DNA of 24,555 nucleotides from Perkinsus olseni (Eukaryota): NCBI GenBank assembly GCA_013115125.1, contig JABANN010000062.1, positions 62,001 to 86,555 of the forward strand, read 5' to 3'. Shown piece by piece: positions 20,801 to 24,555 of this stretch (position 1 is its first letter; each line of letters starts with the position of its first letter). The notes under the pieces were generated by a model. It saw only the letters and a program-made list of their open reading frames with translations, ran no database searches and was not told where the DNA came from. The position numbers and the translations under genes were made by a program.

Positions 20801-20954
20801 GACGAGGAGCTCACCATTGATCGGCCTCCTTCATGCACTTCTTCATCTCCGACTCCAATGCCGCCACTCCCGCATCACCTGCATCCGCTAGGCACCCGAA
20901 CATACCTGCTAGATCCACCCTCCTCGGCTCTGTAGGGGAACCATAGAGAGACAT
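17824..20954 (-). CDS. INCENP: Inner centromere protein (INCENP)-like protein with C-terminal Aurora-binding IN-box
   Basis: The spliced C-terminus YPISEYDEDTDE...RKHIPGWSLEWKSMVLAQSNTDPDSIFG...CDIGQVFG...RRGSTGNWRFDELLDEEIYTYKQKM matches the IN-box pattern (IPxW, QxxxDPxxIF, RxSSxxWxxDxL). The N-terminal exon MSLYGSPTEPRR...MKEADQ|CLEDILSQ is plausible. The exon linkage in the low-complexity middle is less certain. Confidence 0.75.
19284..19471 (-). other. Probable GC-AG structured intron of INCENP (188 nt)
   Basis: The phase-matching donor found was AAAG|GCAGGC, with acceptor TTGCAG. Contains a perfect 9-bp stem GCGGGACGG/CCGTCCCGC. Confidence 0.5.
20279..20814 (-). other. Long structured intron of INCENP (536 nt)
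   Basis: GTGAGC...TTCAG. Nested helices GAGAATGATTG/CGATCATTCTT, TGAGTGGT/ATCATTCA, GGGCAT/ATGCCC, ACGGCAA/TTGCCGT and CTGAGTAA/TTACTCAG. Confidence 0.6.
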
Positions 20955-21257
20955 TAGGGAAATGCAAGACTACATGAGGGAGGCAAGACCGACACTTGCA
21001 GTGAATCACATTAGTTCTTATTGCGAGCATCAAACATACAATTTTCATGATACCACCACCCGGCCATCCACTAGATTGCACCTCCCGCAAGAGGGCTCAG
21101 ACCAGGCCGGTCCCGTGAGGAGCTGAAGGGCTACTAGAGTTTGATCACCCTGACCGGGGCGAGCGACTAATGGAAAAACCAGGCCCCGATGGATTGACAA
21201 CCCGAAGAGTGGTACAACAGAAAAATGCTGTTGAAGTGAAACATGTGGTCAGAGTAC

Positions 21258-24200
21258 TCACGCTTCCTCTTCGTACACTACCTTGGTGCGATGCCGGTTC
21301 CTGTAGACGAAGACTTGAGGCCTCAGTGCCTGCAGGGACAAGCATATCTCCTTTGCCTCGGACCAGCCCATGGTGTATTACGATGGCTATCACTGAAGGG
21401 AGGGGCAGGAGGGTGAATCGGTGGTATCCGAGGGTGGAGAAGAGGAGCTCGAACTCCTCACTGGGCGGGGTGTCGTGTCTCTCACTCATCAAGAACGAAT
21501 ACCGACTCTGATTGGATAGAACCAGGGACCGTCCGGTTATGCAGAATAGCCTATGCGCTCTCCCGTAGTACCATCGCGGCATGATCCTTCCACTGTATAC
21601 CTTCTGTCTTATCCACCGTACAAATAGTGTTGATGGGATGCACAAATCGTGACACCCCACTCATCGCACTGAAGACGTCCACGTGTATCACACACTGCCC
21701 CTCAAGATCGTCCCCCTCCCCGATCAGCTCCACCCAGAACTTCTTGTCGGAGTGAGAGGCATCTGAAGCCAAGGCGACTCGGAGGCACCAAGGCGACTCG
21801 GAGGCACCAAGGCGTTCGGCCGTCCTCACCACGCCCAGCGAGCTCAGCATCTTCCACCACGACAGGGAGAGCGGAAGATACGTTGAAACGACCCAGCAAA
21901 AGTGGATGGTCCGGATTGTCCCTCCCGACGAGGATCTGATGGCAGGGAAGCGTCAATTTCGTGCCGAGCGACGTGCGGACTCACCGCGCCATCTGAACGG
22001 TTCCGCCTGACAACCTCGGATAGCTGGTGCATCGCGTGTCCACTGGGGTAGTTGTATACCGAGGCCGTTGCTCGTGCTCCGAAGGGAACAACCTCAGGCG
22101 GACGATGATATCAAAGACAAGACCATACCCGCCAACGGACAGAACTACCACTTCTACTCACACAAGCTTCCCGCAGCAGGAGCAGCGGCACTGAGTTCAG
22201 AGGTGAGCCCACGCCCTCACGAGTGTGAGCCCATTATCCCGACCCCCCTCACTGTAACAATCGCTATCCCAATCAATCCACTTCGTAACACACAGGTTCT
22301 GAGCACCCGGTTCCTCGCCATCAACGCCATAATCTTCGCCGCTTTCGAGTTGTACGCCTCGGGACCATATCGCCAGGCTTGCGGCGATAGATACTGCAGC
22401 AACCTGAGAAATGGTAGCCGCGCTCGCCCTGATGATCGATAAGCTTCTCTCTACCGATAGGCCCCGCAAGCGGCTACAACTGCCAACGCCAGGAGGCTAG
22501 GGAAGATGAATCTGATCTCCTTGTGTGGTAGTAGGGACAGCACGCTGACCGGCGCCACGTACCATACCATTAGTAATGGTAAAAGGGGGAGCACCTGCAA
22601 CAACAAGATGAGCCCTCCTCGAGTCGGGCCTGCGATAGGCGATATAATGCTCAGCTGGGTCCAAAGAAGGGATGAGGCCCCCGTTCTGCACTCCACAACA
22701 GTGGGCACCTCAACTCCCACTATGGGCCGAGCGATGCTCTACCCACTTCTAATCTAGGATCATCGCGCTCTCTCAGAGAAATACTCTCGCTGTGCTTTGG
22801 AACGACACTATCGCTACTATTACCATCATCGTGATGGTGACACGGCAAGGGCGAAGAGCACTTCGCTAAGCACCCTCTAGATACAGCAGTGTCTCGACGA
22901 CCAGTCATGCCCAGTGAGCCACCGAGTTGCGGTATATAATGTGATACTCCCGGATGGACCCTCCAATGACACAATGGAACTTCCCTCGTAGTACAACAGC
23001 CTCCACTGCTGTGGCGACAAGCAATGGTGACCATCGATCTGATTCGTTACTGAGTTGCTATATGTTGTACAGCCCTCTAACGTCCGATGAGAATAGGAGT
23101 ACCCAACACCCTATCGGGCTGGGTTCAGCTACCGAGTCTCGGGTTTAAAGATGTGGCTTTATCCCCACAGGGACTCTATTGGGGGCAGGTTCGCCGATAT
23201 CCCAAAATGCATAACACGAGGCAGTCCCCTAGATTATCGAGCGTCGACTAAGAGGTACGGCCCCCATCCCATCAGCTACGCATTTACCTGCTTATCCGAA
23301 GACCCCACTGGAGGCCTCAAGGCAGCTACTGGTAGTAGCAACAGCAATGGTCCAAGGCCCTGAGCGAAGGCTGATGATTGTAGTCGGGCGACAGAAGGGC
23401 CGGTCACCGTACCCGTATGGTTGCGTTAGTCAAGTACCAATGCCAGGGCTGAGTACCCCAGAGGTGGGACTTGTTCTCAACAGCATTGAACCAAAACACC
23501 CATCCCTCCGGCCACATAACCATCCCTCGCTGCCACATCTGATCGAAGCTCGCTGCCATTCACCTCTACCAAGTCTCTCCTCACCAGAGTGTCCAGTGGT
23601 ATCGACAGCACTACCCCGTAGACTGCTGCCTTGAGAGCGCTTAACTTCACTACCACCACTGACGTGACCAACTGCACAGACATTAGGAGACAAAACCGAG
23701 TGCCTCGCTAACCTACCGCCCTCACACCACCATTGTGTTGCATCACTTCCCGTACAATGATCTCGATACCCAGGGCCAGTGATATCGCTAGCAGGTCGCA
23801 GCGGAACACCAACGCTGTGAAGGTCTGTGACAGGGGTGAACGGGAGGCGGGAAGAGGGAAAGGTGTGGTACCATGACTTGCATGGCCGTTAGAGTCTTCC
23901 TTTCAATGTACAATGCTAGGCTGTGCGTACCTGCCTGAGGATGCTGCTGAGGGAACATCAACTACCGCACCAACGTACTCAGTATGAGCCCGAATGAATT
24001 TGGAAGTAGCCTGGTGTAGTAGAACGAGAGATGAAAGCACCCCGTGACGCACAGTGTAATGATGACCTGAGAGAAGCTCAACAGCAGCAAGGACCACCGG
24101 AGGCTAGTACTGGTAGGGCCGGTTTGCTCGACGCTGGGCACGCATTCCTCAACCGCCGTAGTGCTGCTGCCGCTATCACAGCCATGGTCCCTCTCACCAC

Positions 24201-24555
24201 GAACCTTCACACGCACCATCACTCCAGGCGTTAAGTGGTGTACTACAGTGAGAGTATCCTGTTGTCCTGTGAGTGTCCCATTGTCAAGTCTATCAGCCTT
24301 ACTGTGGGCCAGGATGATACTGCCAGGACCAGAGACCCTGATAGACAACTACTGAGAAGGAGAGAGGAGCAACCCGACCACCACCTAGGAACGTCCTTGG
24401 AACTACTCCTGGGAATTCTACATGATCGTAGGCCTGTAGGTCTGTACCGTGGTAAAGGAAATCATGTACGGCCTAGAGTAAGGGGAAACCCATAGACGCT
24501 GAGGTTGGGAGAGGCATACGCGAAACCAGAACCCGCGAGAGGGGACACCAGGTGT
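21258..24555 (-). CDS. ALG12: Dol-P-Man:Man7GlcNAc2-PP-Dol alpha-1,6-mannosyltransferase (GT22), 5' end outside window
   Basis: Spliced peptides [84 protein letters not shown] and [15 protein letters not shown]. The last exon and stop (21258-21260) are tentative. Confidence 0.92.
21508..21571 (-). pseudogene. Internal tRNA relic in a probable 64-nt ALG12 intron (sense)
   Basis: GGGAGAGCG (D-loop 3' side) ... GGCT(attctg)CATAACCGGA-CGGTC-CCTGG-TTCTATC-C: D-arm to T-loop order is preserved, with one B-box substitution. Confidence 0.5.
21769..21814. repeat. 19-bp tandem repeat, 2.4 copies, inside ALG12 intron 21763-21829
   Basis: CCAAGGCGACTCGGAGGCA x2 + CCAAGGCG, perfect copies. Confidence 0.9.
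22595..23287 (-). other. Long structured intron of ALG12 (693 nt)
   Basis: GTAAAT...TGCAG joins GSSDKQ to VLPLLP in frame. More than a dozen hairpins are visible by eye. Confidence 0.7.

Noticed and set aside
21355-21370. GGCTGGTCCGA on the minus strand, identical to the vertebrate Y RNA 5' end
   Set aside because: Only an 11-nt match, with no complementary 3' stem; likely chance.
21769-21814. Short direct repeats as a CRISPR array
   Set aside because: Head-to-tail copies with no spacers, in a eukaryotic intron.
23118-23150. GGGTTCA and GGGTTTA telomere-like heptamers, suggesting a telomerase RNA template
   Set aside because: These are single isolated units, whereas a template needs about 1.5 contiguous repeats.

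Overview
Compact, intron-dense eukaryotic DNA with about 45-60 nt GT-AG introns and short intergenic spacers. The style suggests a Perkinsus-like alveolate, which is inference only. From left to right: a decayed LTR-retrotransposon remnant (gag/protease, - strand, with a probable LTR); DNA polymerase delta subunit 4 (-); AP-2 alpha-adaptin (-, about 6.2 kb); a 3-hydroxyacyl-CoA-dehydrogenase-like domain fused to a RING finger, with a predicted myristoylation site (+); a TMEM43-family protein (+); a D-2-hydroxyacid dehydrogenase (+); a membrane-anchored astacin lacking its catalytic Glu (+); INCENP (-); and ALG12 (-, truncated by the window edge). All gene models were spliced by hand. Two non-coding patterns stand out. 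(1) At least seven short spliceosomal introns in three unrelated genes consist largely of decayed tRNA fragments in exact tRNA register, in both orientations; in two of them the splice donor overlaps the tRNA variable loop. (2) Every long intron found (188-693 nt) folds by eye into many hairpins with G-U pairs that work only on the pre-mRNA strand, and most have a helix joining the two intron ends.
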